The notes under the pieces were generated by a model, which worked only from the letters and a program-made list of their open reading frames with translations, made no database searches and was not told the DNA's origin. The position numbers were made by a program, and so were the translations under genes. Below are positions 32,204-45,497 of a stretch of DNA of 64,000 nucleotides, in pieces. This stretch comes from Squalus acanthias (Eukaryota): assembly GCA_030390025.1 (NCBI GenBank), contig CM059431.1, positions 124,002,001-124,066,000 of the forward strand. Reading direction: 5' to 3'. Position 1 is the first letter of the stretch, and each line of letters starts with the position of its first letter.

Positions 32204-34773
32204 ATGGAGAGGGTGAGAGAACGAGCTCAGCGCTTCAGTGAGTGGGCCTTGGAGGCTCTGGTTGGTGCGGTGGAGGGCAGAAGATCTATACTCTACCCTG
32301 AGAGTGGCAGGAGGCCTTTGTCGCGCGGCTACAGAAGAGTGTGAAGGGATGTGGCTGAGCACGTCTCCTCCAGGAGCATGGTGCCCAGGACCCATACTCA
32401 ATGTCGCGAACAGTTCAATGACCTCACTCGGGTTGTCAGGGTGAGTGGCTTTTTTTCCAATATCTCTCCATCCCTCCATTTCAACCTCACTCTATGGCCA
32501 GAGGGTCTTAAAACCCCAATGCCCAACACTCATCTAACACCTATGGCCCTCTCATGAAACACTCACGCGCATTCCACATATTGCATACAGTAAGGGCTAT
32601 TCAACTATGGGAGGCACATCAGGCAAGACCATGACTGTATATTTACTCAGTTGCCGTCCTTTTTCTTGCAGGCCAAGCTATCTTATAATATGAGACAGCA
32701 GCAACGGACGGGTGAAGGGCGGCCTCAGGTGCAACCCCTCAGCGATCTTGAGGCGCGCGTCCACAGGATTGTGGCAAGCCAGGTGCTTGGTCCCTTCACC
32801 CCTGGAGAGGTCGACCCCGTTCGGGACAGCAATGGTAAGGTCATCAGCTTTCTCTCCTCTCTCATTCCACTTGTCCCTCACAACACCAGCCTTTGACACT
32901 TTCAATCCAACTTACTAAATCGCTGCACTCCTTCCTCCCTTACTGCCCCCCTGTCCTCACGCTAAAGCCACTCTTGTACCTCCTTGCTTTCAGATGTTGA
33001 TTCACCAGCTGAGGAGACAGGCCCTCAAGTTGCCAGTGGGAGGGAAGCAGCAGGAGAGGAGGAAGAGGAAGCCGGAGCATCAGGGCCACCCTCTCCCGAG
33101 GAAGCCCATGCCCACATTGGGACCACGTCTTCCCTGGAGGGGAGCAGGGGTGAAGGGTCTGATGAGGGTGAAGCTCCGGGACCCAGCGGGCTGCAGCAAC
33201 ACGATGTGGCTAGGGAAGCTCGGGGGCCTCCTCCCCAGAGGGAGAGTCGGCCAGCGAGTCCTGCTGCACTGGACGCAGAGGAGGAGCAGCTCATCGCTGA
33301 AATGAACACCCAGGTGGTGGACATGCACATTGAGCTCATGGGTGCAGTGGGAAGGGTGCCCGAATGCATTGATGCACTGGCAAGGAGTGTGGAGCACTTC
33401 GCTGTAGCACAGGAAGATGCCACGCAAATGCTTAGTGCTGCAATTCAGTCACTGGCTGCCGTGATCCCATCTCTGACTGCTCTCATGCAGATTCAGATTG
33501 AGGCCACGCGAGCACTGCCTGCTGCCATCGTCGCTGGTTCGGACACATTTCTGCGGGGCTCTCACCGTGCCGCAGCAGGCCAGCAATCTGTGCTCCAGCA
33601 GATTGCTCTGGATGCTGATGTGCTGCCCCGTGGGAGTGCCAGTGAGTCGGTCGAGCAGGGAGTTGCTGTCCTCTCTCAAGATGACAGCATTCCTACTGCC
33701 ACCACTGTCACTTCCCCATTGCACTTGCCACCACCTGTAGCCCAGACTGCTGCCAGCAGCAAGTGATTAAGAAGGCAAATGGAATGTTGGCTTTCATTGC
33801 TAGGGGGATAGAATATAAAAATAGGGAGGTATTGCTTCAGTTGTACAAGGTATTGGTGAGACCGCACCTGGAATACTGCATACAGTTTTGGTGTCCTTAC
33901 TTAAGGAAAGACATCCTTGCTCTCGAGGCAGTGCAAAAAAGGTTCACTCGGTTAATCCCGGGGATGAGGGGGTGGTCATATGAGGAGAGGTTGGGTAGAT
34001 TGGGACTCTACTCATTGGAGTTCAGAAGAATGAGAGGCGATCTTATTGAAACATATAAGATTGTGAAGGGGTTGGATCGGGTGGATGCGGGGAGGATGTT
34101 CCCGATGACGGGTGAGACGAGAACTAGGGGACATAGTCTTAGAATAAGGGGCTGCTCTTTCAAAACTGAGATGAGGAGGAACTACTTCACTCAGAGGGTG
34201 GTAGGTCCATGGAATATGCTGCCACAAAAAGCTGTAGAAGCTACAACATTAATTAAATTTAAAACAGAAATAGACAGTTTCCTAGAAGTAAAGGGCATTA
34301 AGGGTTACGGGGAGCGGGCAGGAATTTGGACATGAGTCTAGGTTCGGATCGGTCATGGCCCTGTGGGTAGTGGAGCGGGCCCAGGGACTGTGTAGCCTGA
34401 TTCTGCTCCTATTTCGTGTGTGCAATTCTGTTAGATGCAGGAGATGGTTCTGTGATAGATAGTAGATTGGCGGTTAGGATCAGATCAGCCATGATCTTAT
34501 TGAATGGCGGAGCAGGCTCGAGGGGCCGATTGGCCTACTCCTGCTCCTATTTCTTATGTTCTTATGTTCTTATGTTCTTATGCCGCCCATGCAGAGTTGG
34601 TGCAGTCTGCAGCCGGGCCCTCCAGGCCCAGAGCTGGTCAAGGCCGTCCTTCAAGGGCATCTATAGTCTCAGGTTCTGACAATCAGCAGCCTTCCACCAG
34701 CCTTGCTGCAGCCACTGGGGTCCCATTACGGAGGAGCAGTAGGGTGGGAAGGGGGAAGTGCGCAAGGGAATGA
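32204..34773 (+). pseudogene. Harbinger Myb/SANT-like gene, three exons (32204-32440, 32672-32834, 32994-34773), with a CR1 insertion in exon 3
   Basis: RAQRFSEWALEALV...(W to stop)...RTHTQCREQFNDL; canonical GT-AG junctions. Confidence 0.78.
33756..34580 (+). mobile_element. CR1 3' fragment inserted in the Myb-like gene
   Basis: KKANGMLAFI...RPHLEYC, (CTTATGTT)n tail and TGCC on both flanks. Confidence 0.92.
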
Positions 34774-35230
34774 GATCACCCTCGAAGGGCAAAAAGTAGG
34801 AGGAGTGACAAAATGTTGGGAATTTTTTTATTAAAGGCCGAGGTTTGTGTTCAAACTTTTGTTTAGTGTTTTGAACATTATCTCCAGGTTGTGAGAACCA
34901 GTTATGTTAATTAATGATTTTTTGTGTTTGTTTCTGTTAGATTGTCATGAAGAAATGACACACACAGAGTTTGTAAAAAAAAAAAGTTTTTGTATTCAAA
35001 ATGTTCAGGTTTGGCCTTTGGAATCATTGCTGCCTTGGCCGGCTTTGGGGTTGCGGGTTGCTTTCATTCATGTTGTTCTCCATGCCAGAAGCCATTTCCT
35101 CAGTAGGGGCCTAGAAGTGGCTTGTTATCAACCATTGATGGACGGCCCTTGCAGTTTCAACATTGTGGGCCTCCCTCCCGCCTTGGTACTGCTGCTGATC
35201 ATCCTCCTCCTCTTCCTCCTCCTCTTTCTC

Positions 35231-36270
35231 CTACTCTGGTGGTGCTCCAAGGCCTGGTGGCATTGGCTGGGTCCTGAGGATTGCCAGGTTATGAAGAATG
35301 CAGCACACAACTATGAAGAGGGAGACTCGCTCAGGCGAGTACTGCAGGACTCCTCCTGAGTGGTCCAGACAGCGGAACCGTTGCTTGAGCACGCTGATCG
35401 TCTGCTCAATGATGTTCCTGGTGGCGAGATGGCTCTCGTTGTACCGCAGCTCAGCAGGGGTGTTGGGTTTATGGAGCGGTGTCATCAGCCAGGTGCACGG
35501 TGAGAACCCTTGTCCCCGAGGAGCCAACCACTTGGCTGATGCGGTGCCTGGAAAAGTTCTGGCACACCAGCCTGGCGCAGGATGAAAGCATCGTGGCTGC
35601 TGCCAGGATAGCGGGCATTGACAGCGAGTATCAGCTGTCTGTGGTCACAGACCAACTGGACGTTTAAGGAGTGGAACCCCTTGCGGTTTTGGAAAACCTC
35701 TGCATTCTCATGCGGTGCCCGCAATGTCACATGCGTGCAGTCAATGGCGCCCTGCACCATGGGGAAGCCCGCTATCCTTGCAAAGCCCAATGCGTGTTCA
35801 TGCTGTTTGGCCCGGGTCATCGGGAAAGCGATGTACTGGCGTCTCCTTTTATAGAGGGCATTTGTGACCTGACGGATACAGCAATGGACCGCGAACTGGG
35901 AGATATTGGCAATGTCCCCAGTGGCTGCTTGAAAGGAGCCGGTGGCATAAAAATTCAGAGCCACTGTAACCTTCACTGCCACCGACAGAGACGTCGTGGT
36001 CCTCAGTTGAGGCGGCAGATTTGGCTGCAGCAGGTGGCAGAGCTCAGTGACCACCTCCTTGCTGAAGCGCAGCCTGCGCAAACACTACTCCTCAGACAAA
36101 TTAATGTAGGAGAATTGTTCCCGGAATACCGTGGGAGGATAAGGTCTCCTGTGCAGAGGCGTGTTGGCCCTCCTCCGTCTGGCCACTGATTGCCACTCTC
36201 TCTCTGCGTCTCTGTTGCCTCCAATTCTGCAGGTGCAGGACGACGCCCAGAATCAGTGCAGCCCCCATAG
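35231..36270 (-). pseudogene. Harbinger DDE transposase, frameshifted
   Basis: GAIDCTH, NRKGFHSLNVQLVCD, PGSSHDAFIL, LLGDKG, RNIIEQTISVLKQRFRCL. Confidence 0.92.
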
Positions 36271-37756
36271 ACTCTTGGCAATCGAAGTAATGAAGATCAA
36301 ATCCAAAAGTACCTGCAAAGTAATGCTCGGTAGCCAAAACTACTTCACACAGCGTTGACTCTATGCAGAAGTCTCTGTATTTCTTTCTCAGAATCTCTCT
36401 ATCAGAATGAGTGGTGCAAAAATGTCTACCACAGAAAAAGCCAGGAAGAGGCCACCTTTAAATAGCGCCCCCCCCCAGACCCTCACTGACTGGGAAACGT
36501 TCCAGTCTCCCTGTCATTGCTTGCACCAGGCGGAAAGGAGGGAGGCGCCACTAAATATCCGGTCTGGAGCGCCACCAGGGCATTGCACGCTCGACTGATG
36601 TCATGATCTGCGGGTGCAGGCGATCGGGGCGGTAAACTTTTGCGCCACCGCAAAAACTCTAGTCAATTTCGGGAGCGGCGCAAACATCGCTGCGCCCGGG
36701 TGCTGGTTGCTTTGGGCTCCATTAGCGCCTTCTTAGGACGCTAATGGGAGGCGCAAACCACCAAAATTTCCCCCCTTAATCTCTTCTCAATTGATTCCAC
36801 TCCTTGGGGTGGGGTGAAGTTTAAAATTTAAGGTGCCTTCCACCAGCCTTTAGCATTGCAGGACACCATGCTGGTATTATTTGCATCCAGCATTGCTGTG
36901 GTGGTAATGACTGATAATGTAATGTTTTCTATCATTAATGCCTACTTTGAATTTTCAATGTCCATTGTCACTTTTGGCAGAGAATCCCAGAAGTTGCTGC
37001 AACCAGGGAGGATGTGGTGGAATAGCTCCCCAGTACCATCTAAAACCAGCAGTCAAATTGAGGACATTTCTAGATTTTAGAGTCTCTCATATGGAATGAA
37101 ATCAAACATCAATTAATCAGAGTCAGTCAGTCTGGATTTCTAAAAGACATTCTGTCCTTAACCAACCTTATAGAATTCTTTTTAAAAAATAACAGGATAA
37201 TGGAAATGCAATGGATATGGTTGATAGGGATTTTCAAAAAACATTTGATAGAGTACTGCAAAGGAGGCAAAGAAAATATCTCATGGAATTAGGAGAAATG
37301 TGAGCACAAGGATAGAGAGATAGTTGAAAGGCAGAAAGCAAAGAGTAGGGGTAAAATAAAGTTCCTCTAACTGGGAAATTATGGAGACTGGTGTTCCAGA
37401 GGTCTGTGTTGGAGCCAATCTCGTGTCTCTCTGTATATATATGAATTGAGGGAACAATATTAAAATTTGCTGATGACACCAAAATTGTGGCATGGCCAAT
37501 TGGGAGGACGATTGTGAAAAACAGTAGGAGAATCTAGATAGGCTGGTGGGTTAGGCAGATAGGTGACAGATGCCATTTCATTTAAAAAAGTTTGAAGTAA
37601 TACCTTTTGGAAGTAAAACTAGGTGAAAGGAAATACACCTTAAATGGTAAGATTTTAAACGAAGTAGAGGACCAAAGGGACCTTGGTGTACAGGTACGCA
37701 ATTAATTAAAAGAAAATACTGCAGATGCTGGAAATCTGAAATAAAAACAGAAAATG

Positions 37757-38360
37757 TGAAGCTGTCAAACACTGACAATCTGTCTTCTAACTGAGTCCTT
37801 CTACTCAGACTCAGTTAGAGAGCTCTCCAGATCAGAAAGCAGAGGCTGCAGCTTTTGACAACTCAGTGGCCATTCTGCTTTCTGTGCCAGTGAGCTGAGG
37901 GACTCCCGAGAACTGAAGGGAGGAAGCCTGGAGGAGAAAGTAAAGGTAAGTAAAACTTATTAAAACACTTTATACACACCAAACACACTTATCTCTGCAC
38001 TCATGCACCCATCACTCACCTGTACACCGGACATCTCGACCCCTCCAAGCCCTGCAGACCGACGGTCCGCCTCACTAACTTGGCGTTGTTTGGAGCCGTC
38101 GGGCAGCCCACACTTCAGGGCTAAAAATAGGGATTAGCCAAAAAACTGCCTGTTAACTACCTGTTAACAGGCAGTTAATTGGCACTAATCCCCTTCCTGC
38201 CTCGGGGATGCGGCTCCCAGCACAGGTCGGGTACCCGCCTCCTGGGACATTGGCATGGAGGCGGGTTGGGGGCGGGATGGGTATGTGCCCCCCGAATCTG
38301 CAATTTTCCCACCACTCCCGCCTCCAAACCCGCCTCCACGGGGCTTGGAAATTCAAGCCC
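37757..38360. mobile_element. Partial MITE of the same family as 58436-59261, inverted
   Basis: Shares TGTGAAGCTGTCAAACACTGACAATC and CTGCCTGTTAAC..GTTAACAGGCAG. Confidence 0.65.
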
Positions 38361-38470
38361 AACGTTTCAGTTCTGATGAAAGGTCATCGACCTGAAACGT
38401 TAACTCTGTTTCTCTCTTCACAGATGCTGCCTGACCTGCTGAGTTTCTCCAGCATTTTCTGTTTTTATTT
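38361..38470 (+). repeat. Penelope terminal relic with a hammerhead motif (inverted arm at about 37710-37756)
   Basis: AGTTCTGATGAAAGGTCATCGACCTGAAACGTTAACT plus downstream sequence matching 23390-23460. Confidence 0.8.
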
Positions 38471-38937
38471 ACGCAGTTAATTAAGTGTGGCAACGCAAGT
38501 AGATAAGACCACTGGAAGACAAACAGAACTCTTGGTTTTGTGTTTGGGGGCATGGATACAAAAACAAGGAGGTAATGTTTAACTGTACAAGATCTTAGGC
38601 CAAATTTGATGCGTTTGTTGTGACTTTGCAACATTTCCTCTATTGTGTGCAGTTTTGGGCACCTCATTAAAAGAAGGATATAAAAGCAATAGGAAAAGTG
38701 CAATGTAGAGTCAATAGGAGGTTAGCAGGCGAGAGTTACAGTTATGAAGAGCGACTTGAGAAGTTAGGGATTTTTTTCACTGCTACTGTGAAGGTTGAGG
38801 TTACGATGAGGTAAATTGTGGCAGAGTGTTTCCACTAGTCCGTGAGATAGCAATGAAAGGGCACAAATTTAAGATAATCACAAAGAAGCAAAAAGGAGTG
38901 GTTAAAATCACTTTGTTTACACAGAGGGTGGTTGGAA

Positions 38938-39830
38938 TAAGAACATAAGAACATAAGAAACAGGAGCAGGAGTAGCCCAAATGCCCCTCGAGCCTGCTCC
39001 GCCATTCAATTAGATCATGGCTGATCCAATCTTGGCCTCAACACCACTTTCCCGCTCTCTCCCCATACCCCTTGACTCCCTTGTAGTTCAAATGTCTGTC
39101 AATCTCCGCCTTGAATATATTCAATGACCCAGCCTCCACAGCTCTCTGGGGTAGAGAATTCCAAAGATTCACGACCCTCTGAGAGAAGAAATTCCTCCTC
39201 ATCTCCGTCTTAAATGGGCGACCCCTTATTCTGAAACTATGCCCCCTAGTTCTAGATACCCCCACTAGGCGTAACATCCTCTCAGCATCCACCCTGTCAA
39301 TCCCCCTCAGAATCTTATATGTTTCAATAAGATCACCTCTCATTCTTCTAAACTCCAATGAGTATAGGCCCAACCTGCTCAACCTTTCATCATATGTCAA
39401 CCCCTTCATCCCAGGAATCAACCGAGTGAACCTTCTCTGCACTGCCTCCAATTCAAGTATATCCTTCCTTAAATATGGAGACCAAAACTGTATGCAGTAC
39501 TCCAGGTGCGGTCTCACCAGCGCCCTGTAAAGTTGCATCAAAACTTCCCTACTTTTATACTCCATACCCCTTGCAATAAAGGTCAACATTCCATTAGCCT
39601 TCCTAATTACATGCTGTACCTGCATGCTAACTTTTTGTGCTTCATGGGCTAGGACCCCCAGATCCCTTTGTACCGCAGCATTTTGTAGTCTCACTCCACT
39701 TAAATAATAATTTGCTTTTTCATTCTTCCTTCCAAAGCGGATAACCTCACATTTTCCCACATTATACTGTACTCCATCTGCCAAATTTTTGCCCACTCAC
39801 TTAACCTATCTATATCCCTTTGCAGACTCT
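38938..39830 (-). mobile_element. CR1 LINE 3' fragment
   Basis: 252-aa ORF2 C-terminus, 3' UTR and tail. Confidence 0.93.
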
Positions 39831-39989
39831 ATGGGGGTGATTTTGCCAATGGGGGCGCGTTGGAGGCGGGACTGCTGCTTGTCGGGTTTTATTCCCGCCT
39901 CCATCAACTTGTGGCCAACCCACACTATTTTCCCTTGATTGACCTTGTTAAGCCCGCCAGCGGGCTTAGCAGGCCAATTAAGGGGAAGC

Positions 39990-41718
39990 CGGTTACAGAG
40001 AACGTCAGCGTATGATGTTTCATCTGTCTGCCACCAACATCCCTTTCATGGGTCAGCCCCACTTCAGAGCTAGCAAGTGACGTGACAGCACCTTGCTGCA
40101 CTTCAGGGGGGCCATGAGGATCCGTTTCTGCACTGGCAGTCCTACTCCAGAGGACTTCCATGAAGGTCTGGTTTCTCTGCTCAATAGCTGACCACCGCTC
40201 CTCTAGAGATGTCATTCTATTCTGAACAATGACCATGTTTTCAATACCCTGGCGACTTAGCTCCTCCATGGCCGTCGCCATTCTCTCCTCTATGGTAGCC
40301 AGCCTTACCACGGAGGTAGCCATCCTTTCCACGGAGGTTGCCATCCTTTCCGTGGTGATGCGTTCATGTGCCAATGCCTCCACAAAGGCTCTGCTCATGT
40401 TCGCGATGGACTCCTCCATTCGCTCCACACTCGCAGCGACCCTGGAGACAAAACCTGCCAGAGACTCCTGCACCTGTTCCTGGAGTTCCAGCACCGCTCT
40501 CCTTCTGGGTGGACCCGGAGGCATAGGGTCGACATGCAACTGAGCCGAGCTGGGAGAGTCCTGCGCCCTCCAACGAGGACTGTCCACTGCTGTCCCTGTC
40601 TCCACCATCTGCTGATGCTCACTTGTGAGCTGTGATACACCAGGTGCCAACACTAATCTATGTCCCAAAGGTCCCACCGAGGTGTGAGTGTCTGCGCTGG
40701 TGCTGGGTGCGCTTAATTCTGCTGATGCTGTGCCCTCAGAGGTTGCAGCTTCCTCTGAGGAGTCTGGTGGCTCAGGCTGTTCTTCCTGGACAGTGGGGAG
40801 GGGGGCTGTTGATGGTCCTGTGGGGGAGTAAAGGAAAGAGTTCGACATGTGAGATAAACATTGCTTGCACATTGAATTGTGCAGATGATCATAAGTTAAT
40901 CTGCTAAGAGCATTAGAATCAAGATCAGTCACTCATGCATGTCAATGAGAGAGAGATGAAAAACTATTCTGTCACCAGCTTGCTCTGATGCGCCCATCTG
41001 TCCGTCCCCCACTTGCGCATCCTCCTCGACTCTCATGATTTCCAGGGCCGCTTCCTCTGCACTGGTGAGCTGGGCTATTGAGGGTGGCCCTCCTCCTGTC
41101 TTCACCCTTTCCCTCTTATGTTGGGCTCACTTTTCCTGCAATGAGGGACACAAGTGGAGTTTGAGTGAGAATGATGGAGTGAGTGTAGAGAATCCATAGC
41201 ATAGATGCTTAGAAGGAGACAACGATGGAGTGAGATCCCAAGACCAAGGGCCCTCCCTGTGTGTTGTAATTTGTTGTCATAGCATAACAGTGATAGGGAG
41301 TGTGAGGGCTGCATAGTCGAATAGTTAAGTGAATGTGTACATATAGAGAGAGGGCATGGTTAAGGGAGCAGGGATGTAAGGGTCAAGTCGGATGTGGAGG
41401 AGGAGGTTGACAATGAAGAGTGCTGGTGATGAGAGGCGATGGAGAGCAGATTGAGGGTCATGGTGATGTAATACTCACTTTTCCTGTGCGGAGAAGGTCA
41501 TGAAACCTCTTTTTACACTGCAGCCAGGTTCTGCTGCACATTGAGATGGCATTCACCTCCTGTGCCACTTGTAGCCACACAGCTTTGGTCTGCTGGAGAG
41601 GTTTCTTCCTACCAGAAGAAGGAAACGGCACTTCCTTATTAGCTCTTGCTCCCTCCACCAGAGCTTGGACGGAGTCCTCATCAAAGCGGGGTGCGCATTT
41701 CAGCCTTGAGCTTGCCAT
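39990..41718 (-). pseudogene. Harbinger-derived Myb/SANT-like gene without a neighbouring transposase (exons 41718-41479, 41134-40976, 40817-about 40020)
   Basis: APRFDEDSVQALVE...WLQVAQEVNA...RTWLQCKKRFHDL trihelix/Myb motif; GT-AG introns; in-frame TGA early in exon 2. Confidence 0.8.
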
Positions 41719-44700
41719 GGTTGCACCAAAATCCTTTAGAAGTCTCAGTAACAAAGTAGTTAGGCAGAAAATGAACCAAGGCTGCTTGCAGGCCTTAAAT
41801 GCAGCTGCATAGATGACGTCATCAGTGGCGTGTTTCAGGACCAAAAGACTCATTGGGCCAGGGGTTCCCACACACTGGAAATCAAGTGCCCAATTGGGGC
41901 AAAATCGCTCAATTGTCCCGCCTCACATTGGAGGCGGGGGCAGGACCCACCGACCACCTGACCCGACCCCAACCCGCCCCAAATGACAAAATCCAGCCCT
42001 CACTGTACAAAGGTGAACTCTTGCACGCAGGCTCTCCAATGACTCCCTCCATATGCTGGAATAGATGGCAGCTGCAGGTGAGGTGCAGAAGCAATCTGTC
42101 ACTGGTGAGAGAGGATCTCCAAATGAGGTGACACTGGACATGCAGTTGGATTTAAAAACTGGTAAGCTAAACAAATCTGTAAATGTATTAAAAATGCAGT
42201 ACCCAACATTTTCTTTCCTCTGAGTCTCATCATATGCAACATTGGATCCTTCACACCGCTTCTGCAGCTGCCATCTTTTCACAAACATTACAGCAGACTC
42301 ACAACACGCCACACTTACCTGGCGTGGTGTCCGGACGTCGGGAAACCCGAACCAGAAGCGGCAAAATCCAAAAACAGGCTGAAAACTTCTGACAACTACC
42401 TGTTAATAGGCAGGTAAGAGCCTTTAATCCACTTCCCGCCGCTAGGTGTCGGGTCCATTCGCAAATCGGGGACCCGACACTTGGGAAAGCTGTTTGGAGG
42501 CGGGTTGACGACGGGATCAGAACCCGCCGTCAATCAAATCGAATTTAACCTCTGACCCACCGCCAAACCCGCCCTCTGAGCGCTGGCAAAATCGCGGCCC
42601 AAGGGTTGGATTGGACTTGATGGCTAATGTGGAGAAAATCACTGGTGCAACCTAATGGAGAATAGCCGGGTTTTGTGCTGTAATATTCTATAGTTCTTTA
42701 ATTTGAATGGAATAAAAAACTAGAAACAGTGGGTGATCTGCTCCACCAGATTACTGCTCACGTGGCGAAGAACAATATCACGAGTGCAACCTCTTCCACC
42801 ACAGGTGTGCACAGCACCCAACACAGAGCAATCCTGGAGCCACTGCATAGGCCCGTATTGTCAGTCCAATAATCTAAACCAATAATGAAAAAATCAACAC
42901 ACAAAGATTTTGAAATTAACTTTGGTCGTTACAGGAATTTTTTCTGCATTAGCATGCATAATGTCAGAATTTCATCGCAATAAACGTTTAACTGCTCATA
43001 GCAGATGCATTAAAATTGGTGAAGTCCCTTTTCTGTTATTTCTCCAAAGGAATGTTTTACCAGAAAGACTTTTACCAGAAAATTGCTTATTATCAACCTT
43101 TAACAGCACGTATCACCATCTTCCAAAAGTAAACTTAAATCAAAGAATTTATGAATTATGTTAAATTAATTGAAGTATTAAATGCGCAATTTGACTAAAT
43201 TATGAAATACATGCTTCGAGATTAATATAGCAGTGTTCTTCAACGGATTTAACAAATCTTTGATAACTTTGACAAGGTTAAACTGATTTTATTTACATAA
43301 ACACACTGAATAATTAGATGTCAGCTACAATAGCTAGCTGGCTCTCATGAAATCAAATTTTGCAATGCAATAATGCACACAGGTTTATTCAATAACCAAG
43401 TGCTATCACTAAGCAACACAAAAACAAATCACTTTCCAATTAGATTTGATCTTGGACAAATGAACCTGATTCTTGTAATCTCTAGTCTTACATGAATCCT
43501 TTTTCTTTAGTCAGTCATATTAGGCATGTCACAAAGGGACAAGTACAAAAATCAGAAAGATAATGGAGACTGAGATAGTTTGTAGATTTACTAATAGTTT
43601 TTATGCTTCAATGTCTATGGGGCATATTTCACAATATTCCATCCACATATGTAAAACACCTAACTGCTGCTTAACTGATATAGCTGATGAACAATCTGGT
43701 ATTCCAGCTGTGGATTGCACAATACTTGTGCATAACAGCTTCACAAAAAGGAAGAAAATCCCAATCTAGCCACAAGGCTCTGCATCAGTGCCAGAACTGC
43801 CAATAAAATTATGCTCAGAACACTGAAGCTTATGTCACATATGCATGTCAGGAGACAAAACCAGTTTATTAACTCACTGACAGTTTCTTCAAACTATTCC
43901 ACCAATGAGTTATTAATTTTTCATTACAATACCATATATACTTGCATTTATGCCAAGAAATTGTTGTCACTGTTTGAGGCTTGAAAGCACGCTGCCCATC
44001 GGCACATAGGGATTAAGGGAGTTTTCGGAGTCATCATGCATGAATTAAAATTGAAATATTCAAATTTTCCATGCTCCAGGGAGCATAGTGACTGATGTGG
44101 CAGTACTTTGGAGTGTAGGAAATATGAATCTGTTGTTGTTTCAACGAGCTGAGCAGTTTGTTACGAATGCAAACTCCAATCTCACAACACAGCTCAACTT
44201 AGGACACTGTCGTTGGAGCCAGGAATCTGAACTATTGACAGAAGCCAGGGGTCGGAGGGAAAGAAGCCAGTAATCAAAGAGAGAGGAGCACTGGAAACTA
44301 CAACACCTTGAGCAGTGCAGACAACTGGTAGAGCCCAACTGGCCACACTAGTGGTATTATATCTGCTCCTCAAAATAGTCAGATTTGTTTTAAGTTTTCT
44401 TACAGTTGAATAAATTCTACTTTCTGTTTATGCTTTTTTTTGCTTTTAAAACATTAACATTATTATTATTCCTTTAAAATAAGTTATAAAAAATTTAGAA
44501 TTGTGTTCTTAAATATCTTTTGTTTCGGCATCAGGGGATTAATTTGAGTAAATGGCTGGGACTGTCAAAGTGACTGATAGAAATTAATTGTTATGAATTT
44601 TTTATCTAAGATACAACCAGACTTAAAACATCTCTGAAACAAGGACATGAATAAACATGGAACCACTGTGAACAGAAAAGATTAAGGTTTGGTGTTTGTT

Positions 44701-45311
44701 TTATTGTGGGAACCAGGATCAGGTCAACTTAGTATAAGACAGCCAGGATGCATTGATATATTTTCTTTAAATAAGTTATAAGTGGAATTTTTTTACAGTG
44801 TATTGGGTACATTAAAAGTGCACTGCATGTTTAATCAAATTTTACCATTAAACTATTTTGTTTCTATTATGGCATTTAAAAAAACACATCTATAGCTTGG
44901 TTAGAAGTAATGGATGATAATTATGAGGGCTGTGAATTGGGCACACCTTATTTTCCACTGTGTTCACATTGCGCCCAGTTGTGTGCTGGGAGGACTAAAA
45001 GTAAGGATATACCCTATAGCCCTAAGAACTTTGAGCTTAGGATTTTAAAATAGTGGAAGTAAGTGAACAGATTATAGTGCTAAGAGGGGGTTGAAGTAGT
45101 TATATCCTGCTTTATACACAGATGAAGTATGGGGTTAATTTGAACTGCTGTAGGGCACATTTTCAACTTGCAACTTGAAGTTAATGGAAAGGAAATTGGG
45201 CAGGGTGTGAAATGGACAGCCAAACCACTGCCACCCATTTCCCCCCCGGCAGGAACAGTTAAAATCAACCCCATGGAAACAAACTTCCATCACTTCACTA
45301 GTTGAGATACT

Positions 45312-45497
45312 GGGGGTAGACTTTCAACTTGCTGTTTGAACATAAAACTGGCATTGCGGATTGGGCGCCTGTTATAGAAACCGCCCGATATTTATTTCCA
45401 TTGAAATCAATGGTTATGAAAGTTGGGCGGTTTCTATAATGGGCATCCAATCCACATTGCCAGTTTTACACTTGAACGGCAAGTTGAAAATCTACCC
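45312..45497. mobile_element. Palindromic (fold-back) MITE
   Basis: Arms are complementary over nearly the full length (GGGTAGACTTTCAACTTGC... / ...GCAAGTTGAAAATCTACCC). A smaller relative lies at 45130-45272. Confidence 0.75.

Larger units (their letters stand above)
31825..36776 (-). mobile_element. Harbinger transposon copy 2
   Basis: Termini GGGGCAGAAATTCGGT / ACCAAAATTTCCCCCC enclose a Myb-like gene (+) and a transposase (-). Confidence 0.85.

Noticed and set aside
35231..36270. Domesticated HARBI1 gene
   Set aside because: Frameshifted, present in three decayed copies, and enclosed by terminal inverted repeats with a Myb partner, so it is a transposon.
42600..45000. AT-rich unique-looking stretch with short ORFs near 44088-44338 as host exons
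   Set aside because: No recognisable protein similarity or clear splice-site pair; small exons cannot be excluded without RNA data.
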